From Thermoplasmata archaeon (lineage in GTDB: Archaea; Thermoplasmatota; Thermoplasmata; RBG-16-68-12; JAFNFQ01): 64,000 nucleotides of DNA. Under the pieces are notes generated by a model. That model was not told the DNA's origin and did no database searches. It worked only from the letters and a program-made list of their open reading frames with translations. Position numbers and translations under genes: made by a program. Of this stretch, positions 51,701 to 61,855 are shown in pieces. The stretch covers positions 1 to 64,000 of the forward strand of contig JBGPQV010000002.1 in the NCBI GenBank assembly GCA_041489255.1, written 5' to 3'. Positions within the stretch are counted from its first letter, which is position 1, and each line of letters begins with the position of its first letter.

Positions 51701-54687
51701 ATCTGATGAAGGACTATCGAATCGTAATCTGGACCACGGGGGCAGACGGCTTCGATACATTGACAGCAAGCGATGAGAGCGCGCTGGCGTCCTACCTGGA
51801 TGGCGGTGGCAGCCTATTCCTGTCGAGCGAAGGCTACCTCTGGAGAGGCGTCTCCTTATTCACCCAGAGGTATCTCCATGTGGCAAGTTCTTCGCCGCTC
51901 ATCAACCCGCTCACCTCGGTGCAGGGCGTTCCCGGGGACCCGATATCGGGAGATTTCCCCGACATGGCCCTCAGTTACCCGCAGTCCATAAGCGCACAGA
52001 GCCTTGATCCAGATCTGATCGCGACCGGGATATTCGAAGAACCCCTGGGCACGAATGTTGCGGTCAAGGCGGACGCGGGCACTTACCGCGTCGTTTTCTT
52101 CGCATTCCCGTACGAGGCCAGCTACCTTGCGGATTCCCTGGCAGGCACCCAGCTGATGTACCGCATCATCCAGTGGTTTGGATTTGGGATAGGGGTAGAC
52201 CTCGCTGTCGTGGGCGTCACGGCACCAGCCTTCGCTCCTCCCGGCGCAATCGTTCAGGTGAACGCCACAGTTGTGAATCACGGTGCGTCGGCGGAGGTGA
52301 ACGTATTGGTCAACTTCACGGTCGATGGAGCCCCGGTCGATTCTCAGATGATTCCGTCCATCGACGCTGGGAAGTCAACCGATGTGAGCTTCCAGTGGAC
52401 AGCATCGACGGAGACGACGCACAGCTTGACCGTCGAGGTGTCGCCCGCGCCTGGAGAGACCGTGTTGTCCAACAATGCGCGCTCGGTGACCGTCCTGGTG
52501 ACCTCGGCTCCTCCGATCAAGGTCGCGGTCATCGACTCCATGGGCACGCAGAATCCTTACTTCTGGGACTATCTTCAATTGAATTGGCCCTCCTTTGGTC
52601 CTGTCCCGATCACGGTGGACACAACCACTCTCGCGGGGTCAGGTTTCACCTATGCGGATATCGTCTCCACGAAAGCCAATGTCCTCGACATCTCGTGCGG
52701 CATGAGGGAATACACCACTCAAGAAATCGCCGCAATCGAGCAGTACCTCCAGGGTGACCGAGGCCTCGTCGGCACCTGCACCATCTCGTCGACGACACCT
52801 GGCAACGCGCCTTTGGCGCGACTCTGGGGCATTTCGGACAGTTTGCCGTTTACGTACTATTCGGTCGCACCGGTCACACCCATAAGTCCGTCGAATCCAC
52901 TGTTCAGGAACGTGACCGTCCCATACACTCCCGGTTTACCCATCGGCACCTCGCCGTCCAACGACCTTTCCTGGGACGCGGATGATCTGACGACTGGGAC
53001 ATATGCCGGGATATCGTTGCCTGTGCGCTCCTCGGCCGTGGTGACAAACGGCCTGAACGTCTACTTCTCGCCGTTCGTGGATGTGGGCGACGCGATCATC
53101 ACGACTGAAGACGACTATCAGATCATGTACAACGCATTGATGTGGGCGGGAAGCGGGGCTGGAATCGCAGTGAGTCACGCTGCACCCCCAAGCGCCGAGG
53201 TGAACACGCCTTTCGACGTCACTGCCAATCTATCTTCGAATTACGATATCGTGTCGGTGGAGGCGTGGTATCAGCCCCCGGGCAGTCCGAGTTACCAGTC
53301 GGTCCCGATGAGTCTCGTCATGGGCAGCCCCACGAACGGGACATGGTCTGTGACGATCCCCAGTCAGAGCGCGATTGGCCCGCTGCACCTGTACGTCGAG
53401 GCCACGAACACTGGGGGAAGGAACGCGACGACGCAGAAGACGACGGTGCGGATAGTTGACACGACAGCACCTGTCATTATCGATATAACCTCGGGAATCC
53501 CTGTGACTCACTCGCCATTCACGTTCGCCGCATCAGTCACTGACAACCTGGCGGTCGGCTCGGTCCATGTGGAATACTGGTACGGGACAGGCGGCCACAC
53601 GAATCTGACAATGATATTGGCGGGAGGACTATACCAATCCACGATCACTGTCCCAAACACGACGGCATCGCTGTCCTACAAACTGTCCGCGGTTGACTCG
53701 GGCGGTCTCTGGACGGTGACGAACGCCGTGACGCTGAGCGTCTCCGACCCATATCCGCCAACGGCAGTCGTCAACGACCCATTTGAAATTGAAGAGGACC
53801 GCCTCGCGAGGTTCGACAGCGCGGGCAGCTGGGACAACGTGGGCATAGTGAACTTTACTTGGGACTTCAGCGACGGAATAGTGCTCTACGGCGCCGTGGT
53901 CTTCAGGATCTTCGCTGACCCCGGGCGGTATGATGCCACGCTGACCGTTCGCGACGCGGCATCGCTGACCGGAGTGGCAAGCACGTTTGTCCTCGTAACC
54001 GACACAACACCACCAGTCGCAAGAATCTCCGTGCCAGCATCAGTCGATGAGGACACGGCGTTCATTGCCAACGGGTCGGGCTCATCAGACAACGTCGCGG
54101 TCGTGAACTTCACATGGAGCATCAACGGCATCCCTGTCGCTTGGGGGCCAATCGCGATCCTCACCGTCTGGAACCCCGGGCTCGTGGGTGTCACTTTAGA
54201 CGTGCGCGATCTCGCTGGCAACAACGCGACCGCCGCTTCAGCGGTGACAGTGCGCGACATCACCCCGCCACTCATCTTGATCGACGGGGGAACCACCACA
54301 CGCAAGATTAGCGCGGGAGACTCGCTGAGCTTCGACGCTTCCGGAACCACCGACAATGTCGGAGTGCACGCAATCTCGTGGGATTTCGGCGACGGAACGA
54401 ACGCGACCGGGTCCGCCGCGAACCACAGGTTCGAGAAGCCTGGAACGTACACATTGACCGTGAGGGCGTTCGATGCGGCGGGCAACGCCGCCTCGGTGAC
54501 CATCCGAGTCGACGTCGAAGACTCTGGCCTCTATGCCGTCGTCGGAATCGGCATCTTGATTGCGGCGGTGGCTCTCGGCGTGGCATACCTCGTTTGGGCA
54601 AGACTCCGCTCGCGTCGAGTCAAAGAGCCGACGAAAGAGAGCGAGAAAGAGGAGGAAATGCCCACGGAAAACCTGGGTAATCACTGA
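48751..54687 (+). CDS. Large S8 subtilisin-like serine protease with Fn3, CARDB and PKD domains, C-terminal TM
   Basis: Catalytic triad motifs IADTGVD, HGTHVSG, GTSMATPHVAG; KPDIAAPG; WDFGDG PKD. Confidence 0.93.
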   Translation: MRTLVYAIVCFLIVSAIPTAMAAAKPVESLHGTQLGLVGLESGLARFARLSTAPLSDYGGYSVYQVGEEEIARLDSINAPYFLLPDPDYLGIESVVGSLPRIDTGQLPPSPGLVVIQFPAPPKQEWRRALEENGMMTLAYIPNYAYLVVSSRDLGGALTALPLEPRLFAYESSARIDPRLILDESPQRVRFVLLKASGFADPIDVMSRHGLRPQVYWERESLAFAETWADRATLEAITQEPSMVWVEPAPTPKFFDEISDEILGGNFTPGMPWDGDGAYIHSLGYTGSGIIVAIADTGVDTGNLTTMHPDLRGQIAALIDFGETDPSDGVAEDGYGHGTHVSGIVAGTGASNGRDLDGYLYGMGIAPNASIVMERISDDQGYWMAPADHVIAENAVRNGASVSSNSWGSMTYGVYDWQAAEYDALTRDADLFTPGGQPLLHVFAAANSGPSPYTLASPAVAKNVLTVAASENYRPAFGSEADNPEDIADFSSRGPVADGRFKPDIAAPGTYVASALSSFLAQGMCGGPLDSLHEACSGTSMATPHVAGGAAIFQQYYRGLYGVLPSPAMTKAALINTAHDMTGAGASLPIPNTDEGWGRMDLVSLLGLGRPDEYADDQTNSLQTGQDSVHQLTVMSSAVPLRITMAYTDAPAAGFSSPTLVNDLDLVVTDPTGRTFWGNMLVNGRSIDSITGGDRLNNVESVYIQNPEVGLYTVRVLAINVPEDGVPLTPAIDQDFALFARASLEAPPTPSISFNRDFYTAPSNANVSLAGASLNADPLVRESVNAVVRSDTEPLGESLTLTEVGLNSSLFIGTIGLQLGAPVTDGVLQVLHGDLLNVTYTMYYDVAWVDTVAPTISNIATNVRTRTATVTFTTSEDTKGLVEYGDTTSLGNISESLSFAVSHSVDLVNLKPNTTYFFDVVATDLAGNRARDDNGGLHHALTTEPLPPILLVDDEPDNLDVSFSDALSANGFAFEVSQGPAPFNLMKDYRIVIWTTGADGFDTLTASDESALASYLDGGGSLFLSSEGYLWRGVSLFTQRYLHVASSSPLINPLTSVQGVPGDPISGDFPDMALSYPQSISAQSLDPDLIATGIFEEPLGTNVAVKADAGTYRVVFFAFPYEASYLADSLAGTQLMYRIIQWFGFGIGVDLAVVGVTAPAFAPPGAIVQVNATVVNHGASAEVNVLVNFTVDGAPVDSQMIPSIDAGKSTDVSFQWTASTETTHSLTVEVSPAPGETVLSNNARSVTVLVTSAPPIKVAVIDSMGTQNPYFWDYLQLNWPSFGPVPITVDTTTLAGSGFTYADIVSTKANVLDISCGMREYTTQEIAAIEQYLQGDRGLVGTCTISSTTPGNAPLARLWGISDSLPFTYYSVAPVTPISPSNPLFRNVTVPYTPGLPIGTSPSNDLSWDADDLTTGTYAGISLPVRSSAVVTNGLNVYFSPFVDVGDAIITTEDDYQIMYNALMWAGSGAGIAVSHAAPPSAEVNTPFDVTANLSSNYDIVSVEAWYQPPGSPSYQSVPMSLVMGSPTNGTWSVTIPSQSAIGPLHLYVEATNTGGRNATTQKTTVRIVDTTAPVIIDITSGIPVTHSPFTFAASVTDNLAVGSVHVEYWYGTGGHTNLTMILAGGLYQSTITVPNTTASLSYKLSAVDSGGLWTVTNAVTLSVSDPYPPTAVVNDPFEIEEDRLARFDSAGSWDNVGIVNFTWDFSDGIVLYGAVVFRIFADPGRYDATLTVRDAASLTGVASTFVLVTDTTPPVARISVPASVDEDTAFIANGSGSSDNVAVVNFTWSINGIPVAWGPIAILTVWNPGLVGVTLDVRDLAGNNATAASAVTVRDITPPLILIDGGTTTRKISAGDSLSFDASGTTDNVGVHAISWDFGDGTNATGSAANHRFEKPGTYTLTVRAFDAAGNAASVTIRVDVEDSGLYAVVGIGILIAAVALGVAYLVWARLRSRRVKEPTKESEKEEEMPTENLGNH

Positions 54688-54699
54688 AGCCTCTTCCGA

Positions 54700-55326
54700 T
54701 TACGCCGCCAGTCTCGATCCGAAGTAGTACGCGACAATCCATGCTAGTGCATTCTTTGTGTATTCGGGGTAGAACCTGGGCCAGCTGAAGAGGAGCGTAC
54801 CGCACAGGTAGCCGACGAGAAGCATCGCGGCAACCGCGTTCGCGTTCCTGAATATCGCGATAGCCCTGTTCGGCTTCTTCCCCGCCTTCTGCCGGCGCGC
54901 GACAATAGCCGACGCGATGTAGCCGATGATGTAGCTCGCGAGGACCTCCAGAATCAGCGTGAACGCTTCGGGGATCCCGCGGCCCCGGTACCGCATGTAA
55001 GCAATCACTCCGAAGAAACCCAAGAGCAGGACGAATCTGATCGAGCCACGGGGGAGGAATAGTGGCTGCCTCGTCCCCTCCGTCGTCGCGGGCGCGATTG
55101 GCGGGCCCATGCCGCTGCGGACACCGAAATAGAACCCCACGACGAGCAGGGCGCTCTCCACGAGGATGTCCTCTATCGCCTCGCCCTTGAGAACCTGGTA
55201 CCAGAGAGTGCCGCACAGCATCAGCGCGATGACCGCGCGAACGCTGCCTGACGGCAGGCCGAGGGGCTGTGGGGGCTTCTGCTGTTGTGTCTGCTGTGTC
55301 TGCCTAGGAATCTCTCCGGCCGCCAT
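54700..55326 (-). CDS. Hypothetical membrane protein with internal repeats
   Basis: PLGLPSGSVRA / PLFLPRGSIRF; VGFYFGVR / VAYYFGSR. Confidence 0.75.
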   Translation of the reverse strand: MAAGEIPRQTQQTQQQKPPQPLGLPSGSVRAVIALMLCGTLWYQVLKGEAIEDILVESALLVVGFYFGVRSGMGPPIAPATTEGTRQPLFLPRGSIRFVLLLGFFGVIAYMRYRGRGIPEAFTLILEVLASYIIGYIASAIVARRQKAGKKPNRAIAIFRNANAVAAMLLVGYLCGTLLFSWPRFYPEYTKNALAWIVAYYFGSRLAA

Positions 55327-55419
55327 TGCACTCTGGCCCGGCGGCTGATGGGTGGGAACAGTATAGAACCTTTGGAAGGGACGCGACCGGAATCCAATGC
55401 GGCGGGTTTGCCCTTGGCC

Positions 55420-56238
55420 TCATCTGAGGAATCCGAGCACCGCACGATTGAACTTCTCCGGCTCATCGAGGAACGGGAAATGCCCGCTCTTGTCGAACAC
55501 GATGAGCTTAGACCCTTTGATCCTCCTGTGAAGGTCCCTTGCAAGTTTTGGCGGTGTCGCCTTATCGTGCTTCCCCGCCAGAATCAGGGTCCTTGCCGCC
55601 AGATTGCCCAGCTCCCCCCGCACATCCCAAGCCCTCATCTCGGAGAAGTTGAACGCCGCCCTATCGATGCTGAACTGGAGCGACGATTTCATTGCCTTGC
55701 CCATCGCCAGCCTGCCCCGCCGCGTGCGGATCTCAGGTCCGAGGAATACCGCGAGGAACCGCCTGAAGCTCTCTTCATTCCTATCACGGAGCGAGGCGGC
55801 GAGAGCTTCTCCGACACCGTGCGTTTTCATGATGTCAGGCAGCTTTGCACCTGATCCGATGAGCACGAGGTCGCTGACCCTCTCGGGGTAGCGAAGGGAG
55901 TATGTGAGCGCGCAGGCAGATCCCCCGGAGTGTCCGAGGAACACTGACTGGTCGATTTCGAGCCTCGTCTGCAACGAAAATAGGTCTGACACGACCCGCT
56001 CCAGACCGAGGTCGTCTTCCTGCATTGGCGGGGCCGACCGTCCGGTTCCCGGCGGATCGTGGTAAATCATCGTCAGGTTCCTCTCCAATGGCCTGAGGAA
56101 AGACCTGATCGGCTCGCTGTTCAGGCCCCAGGGATATGGAGAGACGAAGCATGGCGGGCCCTGACCGCGAATGTAGTAGGCGATAATAGTCCCTCTAGTC
56201 TCGAATGCATATTGACCGGGGTCGAGTCGACCGTCCAT
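55420..56238 (-). CDS. Alpha/beta hydrolase
   Basis: DPPGTGRS, GHSGG nucleophile elbow, GKHD, SGHFP. Confidence 0.9.
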   Translation of the reverse strand: MDGRLDPGQYAFETRGTIIAYYIRGQGPPCFVSPYPWGLNSEPIRSFLRPLERNLTMIYHDPPGTGRSAPPMQEDDLGLERVVSDLFSLQTRLEIDQSVFLGHSGGSACALTYSLRYPERVSDLVLIGSGAKLPDIMKTHGVGEALAASLRDRNEESFRRFLAVFLGPEIRTRRGRLAMGKAMKSSLQFSIDRAAFNFSEMRAWDVRGELGNLAARTLILAGKHDKATPPKLARDLHRRIKGSKLIVFDKSGHFPFLDEPEKFNRAVLGFLR

Positions 56239-56332
56239 CTAGCACCTTCGCTTGTCTCGCCAGCTGCGAATGCGCACGAGGATGAAAAGGTTATTTCAGG
56301 CTGTTGCTTCTCTCCCCGGAGGAGGCGTCCGG

Positions 56333-56740
56333 TTGGATGACAAAGAACTGAAGGCAACATTGGGCAGGTACAAGAGAATCGCCGTCGTGGGCATGTCTAA
56401 GGACCCAGAAAAGGACGCCCAAAGAATCCCCCTGTATCTGAAGAATGTGGGCTACGAAATCATTCCGGTGAATCCCAGCGCCACGGAAATCGCCGGCATG
56501 AAAGCTTACAAGAGCCTTTCAGAGATCCCTTTTGACTTCGACATCGTGCAGATATTCAGGCCTTCGGAGGCCGTGCCGCCGATCGTGGACGAGGCGCTGA
56601 AGACCAAGGCGAAGGTCATCTGGATGCAGCTTGGCATCAGCAACGCGGAGGCGGCTGAGAAGGCGAGCATGGCGGGCAAGATCGTTATCCAAGATCGCTG
56701 CATGATGGTGGAGCATAGGCGATTGATCAAAGCTGATTGA
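56333..56740 (+). CDS. CoA-binding protein (YccU-like)
   Basis: IAVVGMS, IIPVNP, IFRP, IWMQLG, DRCMMVEH; GGAGG RBS before TTG 56333. Confidence 0.9.
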   Translation: MDDKELKATLGRYKRIAVVGMSKDPEKDAQRIPLYLKNVGYEIIPVNPSATEIAGMKAYKSLSEIPFDFDIVQIFRPSEAVPPIVDEALKTKAKVIWMQLGISNAEAAEKASMAGKIVIQDRCMMVEHRRLIKAD

Positions 56741-56821
56741 TTCGGATCCGGCGATGCCGTAGCCTCTCTTGCGGCTAACAGCGTCCGCCAAGACCTTGAC
56801 ATCCCGCCGCAGTCGAACCGC

Positions 56822-58480
56822 GTGGACCCGCTCACTCTGCTTCTTGCCACCTTGCTATTCACACTTCTGGGCGCAATGATTGGGGTCGGGACCGGACTCG
56901 TTCCGGGGATGCACGTCAACAACGTGGCCCTTCTGATCTTCATGGGTCAGTCTGCCCTCTCTTCAGCTGTTCTTCTCCTGTTCGGCTGGGCTTCCCCGTC
57001 CTGCAGCGATATCATGCTGCTTCTTTCCACCTTGATTCGCGCGATCGCCGTCAGTCATACGTTCGTGAGCTTCGTCCCGTCGGTCTTCCTTGGAGCCCCC
57101 GACGAAGATACTGCCCTGTCGGTCCTCCCCGGTCACAGAATGCTCCTCCGGGGCAGAGGATATGAGGCGGTTCTCTTGACCGCCCGCGGTTGCCTCTGGG
57201 GCTTCGTCGCATCACTCGCACTCATCCTGCCGCTGCGGCTGCTCATGGGCTCGCCGGTCAACGCTTACGATAAGCTGAGGCCTGTGATGGCGGGAGTGCT
57301 CACCCTCGTCGTCACCTTGCTCATCTACAGCGAAAGCGAGCGGCGCAAGGCGACCGGTCGGATGATGATCAAAGCACATGAGGTCGGCGGGGTCCAGCTT
57401 CTCGCTGAGTCTGACGGAGAGCACAAGGTGGAGCCTTGGCCCGAGTTCGCGGCGGGAGACGATGTGACAATCGAGGGCAAGGTGGCGAGTTTCTGGAATG
57501 GCGGGATGCTGCTGGTAAGGGGCAGGGAGAAGGTCGTCGTCGAGACCGAGGACGATTGGGAGAAGGACGACGTCTGGGTCAGCGTCCAAGGCATCGCCCT
57601 GCCGGTCACGAGGACCGCCACCGCAAACGAGCAGCGGTCCTGGGCCGTGCTCCTCTTCCTCCTCTCCGGGGCACTCGGCTGGGTGCTCCTCTGCTCGCCG
57701 GGGATCCAGGCGGCAAACTGGTTCCCGATCCCGTTCCTGTCGAGCACGAACCAGTCCATGATGCTCTTCCCCCTCTTCTCCGGGTTGTTCGGCCTGTCCA
57801 CCATGGTCATGAGCGGTGCATCGAGGGAGACGATTCCGGATCAGCAGCTCGAGTTATCGGCGAAGATGGAACCCTGGCGACACGGGAGGGCCGTCGCCTG
57901 CGGAACGATAGCCGGTTCTGCCGTTTCGTGGTTCCCCGGGGTGAGCGGAGCCTCCGCCACCGTGATCGCGAGGTACCTCGCTGGCGGGGAGCCGGATGGT
58001 CGCGAGAAGCGAGACAACGACAGGGAGTTCCTCGTTTCCATCGGAGCCGCCAACGCCTCATCGACCGTTTTCACGTTGGTCGCTCTCTTCGTGATATTCA
58101 AAGGGCGGAGCGGGGCAACCGCCACAATCGGCTCGCTACTGGCGGGAGGACTCTCGCCCTGGGAACCGATTTCCTCAGTGCCGCTCGCGATGTCTCTGCT
58201 GCTTGTCGCGTGCCTTCTTTCCGCGGTGTTCGGGTATGTGACGGCAAAGGCGGTCGCCCGTCTGTTCGCGAGGAAATGCGGCAAGGTGAGATACGGAAAG
58301 CTAGTGAGGGCGGTCGTGGTCTTCCTCCTCCTGATGATCCTGATGCTCACTGGCGTGCTCGGCTTGTTCGTCGCGGGAGCCGCCACCGCAATAGGGGTGC
58401 TGCCGCCAATCATCGGCGTGAGGCGAGTGCACCTGATGGGCTCGTTGATCCTGCCCGCCATCCTGCTGCTCGCATTCTGA
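56822..58480 (+). CDS. TctA-family (DUF112) permease
   Basis: GLVPGMHVN, FLGAPDEDTALSVLPGHRML, VRRVHLMG. Confidence 0.88.
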   Translation: MDPLTLLLATLLFTLLGAMIGVGTGLVPGMHVNNVALLIFMGQSALSSAVLLLFGWASPSCSDIMLLLSTLIRAIAVSHTFVSFVPSVFLGAPDEDTALSVLPGHRMLLRGRGYEAVLLTARGCLWGFVASLALILPLRLLMGSPVNAYDKLRPVMAGVLTLVVTLLIYSESERRKATGRMMIKAHEVGGVQLLAESDGEHKVEPWPEFAAGDDVTIEGKVASFWNGGMLLVRGREKVVVETEDDWEKDDVWVSVQGIALPVTRTATANEQRSWAVLLFLLSGALGWVLLCSPGIQAANWFPIPFLSSTNQSMMLFPLFSGLFGLSTMVMSGASRETIPDQQLELSAKMEPWRHGRAVACGTIAGSAVSWFPGVSGASATVIARYLAGGEPDGREKRDNDREFLVSIGAANASSTVFTLVALFVIFKGRSGATATIGSLLAGGLSPWEPISSVPLAMSLLLVACLLSAVFGYVTAKAVARLFARKCGKVRYGKLVRAVVVFLLLMILMLTGVLGLFVAGAATAIGVLPPIIGVRRVHLMGSLILPAILLLAF

Positions 58481-58543
58481 CGGTCAAGCTACATCCAGGC
58501 GGAACCTAGAAATCCATCACCGCCGCATCTGCACTGGGATGCC

Positions 58544-58942
58544 ATGGTCAATCAGTTCTCTCGATGCCTTCTGGCCATGGCATTCTTCGCCTCAGTGTCG
58601 GCCCCGCTGGGCTGGCAGGTCATCTCGTATGCGCTGTTCGCGACGGGCATTGCCGCAATAGTCCTCACCGACTTCGCGATCGAGGGTCGTTGGAAGACAG
58701 GTGCCGGGATGTGCATCGCCCTTCCTGGAGTCGGACTGCTCGGCGGGCCGAACCCCGCCCTGCTAATGATAATTCCAGTTGCGGCTGCAGCGGTATTCCT
58801 TGCTGAACATCTCACTCGCATGAAAACACCCGGAGAAGGTGAACCGCGAGAATCCTCAAAGAGACGCGACGATCCTCTGGCTAACCTTTGCGTCTCACTG
58901 CCCTCGGCAGTCGCGCTGTTAGCATTCGTCGCGCTGTGCTAG
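58544..58942 (+). CDS. Hypothetical membrane protein
   Basis: 132-aa hydrophobic ORF filling the gap between tctA and nadM. Confidence 0.55.
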   Translation: MVNQFSRCLLAMAFFASVSAPLGWQVISYALFATGIAAIVLTDFAIEGRWKTGAGMCIALPGVGLLGGPNPALLMIIPVAAAAVFLAEHLTRMKTPGEGEPRESSKRRDDPLANLCVSLPSAVALLAFVALC

Positions 58943-59493
58943 TGATCGTCCCCTTCCTCTCGCGTGCCATAGGGCGTGGAGTAGTTGAAGGTCTCCCTGA
59001 TGCGCGCGATGCCGTCTATCTCCTTGATGTAGTCTGCCACCGTCTCGGGCACGAGCGCCTGCCAGTCCGCTCCATCGTATATCCTGTGCCGGACCTCGGT
59101 CCCGGAGTACATGCCTCTCTTCTCCAGAGGCAACTCGTAGACCTTGAACCCCTTTTCCCTGAACAGCCTGACGACGAGAGGGCTGTTGGTGTAGACCACG
59201 TCGAACTTGGGGACCAGGGAGAGCACGTGACCCACCCAGACCGAGTGCACGTGCGTATCAGGGATAGGGACGATGTGATAGTCGTGTATGCCCGCGGCGT
59301 CGAGGGTCCTCTTGATCATCTCGTACCTCTCGCCTGCCGTGAACGGGTTCTCGTTGGTGTGGCTGTACTGCGCGCTGCCTATGCCGATGATGATCTCCGA
59401 GTGCTTCTTCAGTATGCGCTTCACCATGACGAGGTGGCCGTTGTGGAACGGCTGGAACCTGCCGATGAAAAGCGCCCTAGGCGTCGTCATCAT
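58939..59493 (-). CDS. nadM: Nicotinamide-nucleotide adenylyltransferase
   Basis: GRFQPFHNGH, GSAQ, NPFTAGER, SGTEVR. Confidence 0.95.
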   Translation of the reverse strand: MMTTPRALFIGRFQPFHNGHLVMVKRILKKHSEIIIGIGSAQYSHTNENPFTAGERYEMIKRTLDAAGIHDYHIVPIPDTHVHSVWVGHVLSLVPKFDVVYTNSPLVVRLFREKGFKVYELPLEKRGMYSGTEVRHRIYDGADWQALVPETVADYIKEIDGIARIRETFNYSTPYGTREEGDDH

Positions 59494-59653
59494 AATCCTC
59501 CTCGCCGATGAAATCGTCTATGATCTCGCAGTCGACCGTGAGCCACTTCCTGCAGTGCTCGCACGTGCCATCATCCATCAATGGCCTGAGAGTCACGTTG
59601 AACTCATAGCACGGGAAGGTTTCGAAGTCAACTCCCCCCGCCTCGTCTAGCAA
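59477..59653 (-). CDS. Unannotated 58-aa acidic four-Cys protein
   Basis: TTG start after GGTGAG RBS; MLDEAGGVDFETFPCYEFNVTLRPLMDDGTCEHCRKWLTVDCEIIDDFIGEEDYDDDA; fills the lonB-nadM gap. Confidence 0.75.
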   Translation of the reverse strand: MLDEAGGVDFETFPCYEFNVTLRPLMDDGTCEHCRKWLTVDCEIIDDFIGEEDYDDDA

Positions 59654-59663
59654 GGCTGCTCAC

Positions 59664-61652
59664 CTAATGCGGGACCGCCCTGTCCACCGGGGGGGCCTCG
59701 ATCAGCCCGCCCGCCTTCGGAACGAGCGCAGACAGCTTCTTCAGTAGGCTCTCCTTCTTCGGCCCTACCACCAGCGCGTTCTGCAGGACCTCGTTGAGCG
59801 TCTCCACGGGGACTATCTCGATCTTGCCGACGTACTTGTCGTCAATAAGCACATCCCTCAGGTTCGCCTTGGGTATGATGACCTTCTTGATGCCCATCTC
59901 GGCGGCGGCCTCTATCTTGGCGGTGACCCCCCCAACAGGGAGCACTTGGCCCCTGACGCTCAGGCTTCCGGTCATCGCCGTGCTCTGGTCGACCTCGACA
60001 CCTTCCATTGCGGAGATGACCGCGGTTGCCACCGAGATGCTCGCGGAGTCTCCTTCCGTGCCCTCGCGGCTGCCTACGAACTGAACATGGATGTCATGGT
60101 TGCTGATGTCCTCACCAGTGTACTTCTTGATGAGGGCCGAGACGTTCTCTACCGCCTCCTTGGCGATCTCGCCGAGCCTGCCCGTCGCGACTATCTTGCC
60201 GCCGTGTCGCGTCTGAGCCGGCGTCACTTCTGCGGCAATCTGCAGGACTACACCGGAGAACTCTGCCATGCTGCTGTCCCCCGCTAGGACGGCGAGGCCG
60301 TTGACCACGCCGACTATCGCGCCCTCGGTCACGAACGTCTTGTATTCCTTGCCCTTCTCTATCATCCTGTCCGCGACCTGCTGCTCGAGGGAGCGTGCTA
60401 TCTTCTTCCCCGACATCACGTGCTCCGCGGTGACCAGCGGCGCGCTCTCTTCCTGGGCAATGTCGCCCGCCACGCGGATCAGGCCGCCGAGCTCCCTGAG
60501 CCTGAGAGTCAGCTGGCCCCTGCGGCCGGCGCGGCGCTGCGCCTCCCTCAGGATCTCCATGACCCCGGTCATGTCGAAGTGCGGGATCTTCTTGTCCTTG
60601 GTGACCTCCTGCGCCACGAACCTGACCAGCTTCATGCGGTTGGGGTCCGTGTCCTGCATCGTGGCCTTCATGTAAATCTCGTAACCATAGCCGCGTATCC
60701 TCGACCTCAGCGCGGGGTGCATCCCCTGCAAGGCGTCGAGGTTGCCCGCCGCCACGAGGATGAAATCGCAGGGAACCGCCTCCGTCTTGACCATCGCGCC
60801 TGACGACCTCTCGCTCTGGCCGACGATCGAGAACTCCTTCTCCTGCATGGCGGTCAGGAGGCTCTGCTGGCTCTCAATCCGCAGAATGTTGATCTCGTCG
60901 ACGAACAGCACGCCCTTGTGCGCCTTGTGTATCGCGCCCGCCTCCACCCTATCGTGGGCGGGGGTCTCCAGGCCGCCTGACTGGAACGGGTCGTGCTTGA
61001 CGTCCCCCAACAGGGCGCCGGCATGGCTGCCGGTGGCGTCGATGAACGGCGGCATGTCGTCGAAGTTGTGGCTGACCAGGAGCTTAGGGACGTTGATGCT
61101 CTCCTCCCGCCGCCCGCTGTACTTGGTCATCGCGTAGATGACCACCGCCAGGATGAAACCGAAGAACATGATCATGGGATTGAACTTGGGTGGCGAGTAG
61201 CTCCAGTCGAAGGAGAAGAGTATGGAAAGGGCGACGATGAAGAACATGATCGTCATGATCATCGAGGCCCTCTGCTCCTTGCGCTGCATCGCCTCGGCTT
61301 TCTGGGCGTTGACTATCTCCCGACCCTTGCTCGCAGGGACGACACGGATCTTGGGCTCGTTAGAGTCCTCCGGGTTGTGATAGACGAGGATGTCCTGCAG
61401 CTCATCCTTGGGCACGAGCTCTGTCATCGAGCGCGCGAGCATCGATTTGCCCGTGCCCGGCTCGCCTATGAGCATGACGTGCCGCTTCTGCTCGGCGGCC
61501 TTGCGGATGACCATCACGGCCGGCTCCTGACCTATGACCTGGTCGACGAGCCTCTCGGGTATCTTGACCTCGGCCGTGCTCTTGAACTCAAGTTTCCGTA
61601 TCCATTCCTCGACTGGCGGCAGTGGAACGGCCTCTGATGGTTGGTCAATCAT
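59664..61652 (-). CDS. lonB: Archaeal membrane-bound ATP-dependent protease LonB
   Basis: GEPGTGKS Walker A, two TM insert, GDSASI catalytic Ser, [12 protein letters not shown]. Confidence 0.97.
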   Translation of the reverse strand: MIDQPSEAVPLPPVEEWIRKLEFKSTAEVKIPERLVDQVIGQEPAVMVIRKAAEQKRHVMLIGEPGTGKSMLARSMTELVPKDELQDILVYHNPEDSNEPKIRVVPASKGREIVNAQKAEAMQRKEQRASMIMTIMFFIVALSILFSFDWSYSPPKFNPMIMFFGFILAVVIYAMTKYSGRREESINVPKLLVSHNFDDMPPFIDATGSHAGALLGDVKHDPFQSGGLETPAHDRVEAGAIHKAHKGVLFVDEINILRIESQQSLLTAMQEKEFSIVGQSERSSGAMVKTEAVPCDFILVAAGNLDALQGMHPALRSRIRGYGYEIYMKATMQDTDPNRMKLVRFVAQEVTKDKKIPHFDMTGVMEILREAQRRAGRRGQLTLRLRELGGLIRVAGDIAQEESAPLVTAEHVMSGKKIARSLEQQVADRMIEKGKEYKTFVTEGAIVGVVNGLAVLAGDSSMAEFSGVVLQIAAEVTPAQTRHGGKIVATGRLGEIAKEAVENVSALIKKYTGEDISNHDIHVQFVGSREGTEGDSASISVATAVISAMEGVEVDQSTAMTGSLSVRGQVLPVGGVTAKIEAAAEMGIKKVIIPKANLRDVLIDDKYVGKIEIVPVETLNEVLQNALVVGPKKESLLKKLSALVPKAGGLIEAPPVDRAVPH

Positions 61653-61855
61653 CTAGGGTCTCTTCCGTGAATTGTCCCTTGTACCCGAAACTATGCAGCG
61701 GACTAGTATTAAACTTTGCATGCGATGTTGCTGAAGCAAGAATCTCTGGCTTCGCAGAATCCACCGAATCGCCGTCTCCCCGACCCGGAAACACGGATTA
61801 TGCCTAAAGGCAAGTATTAAGAACGACGCCCGGAATCTGGACTCAGGGGATTGAC

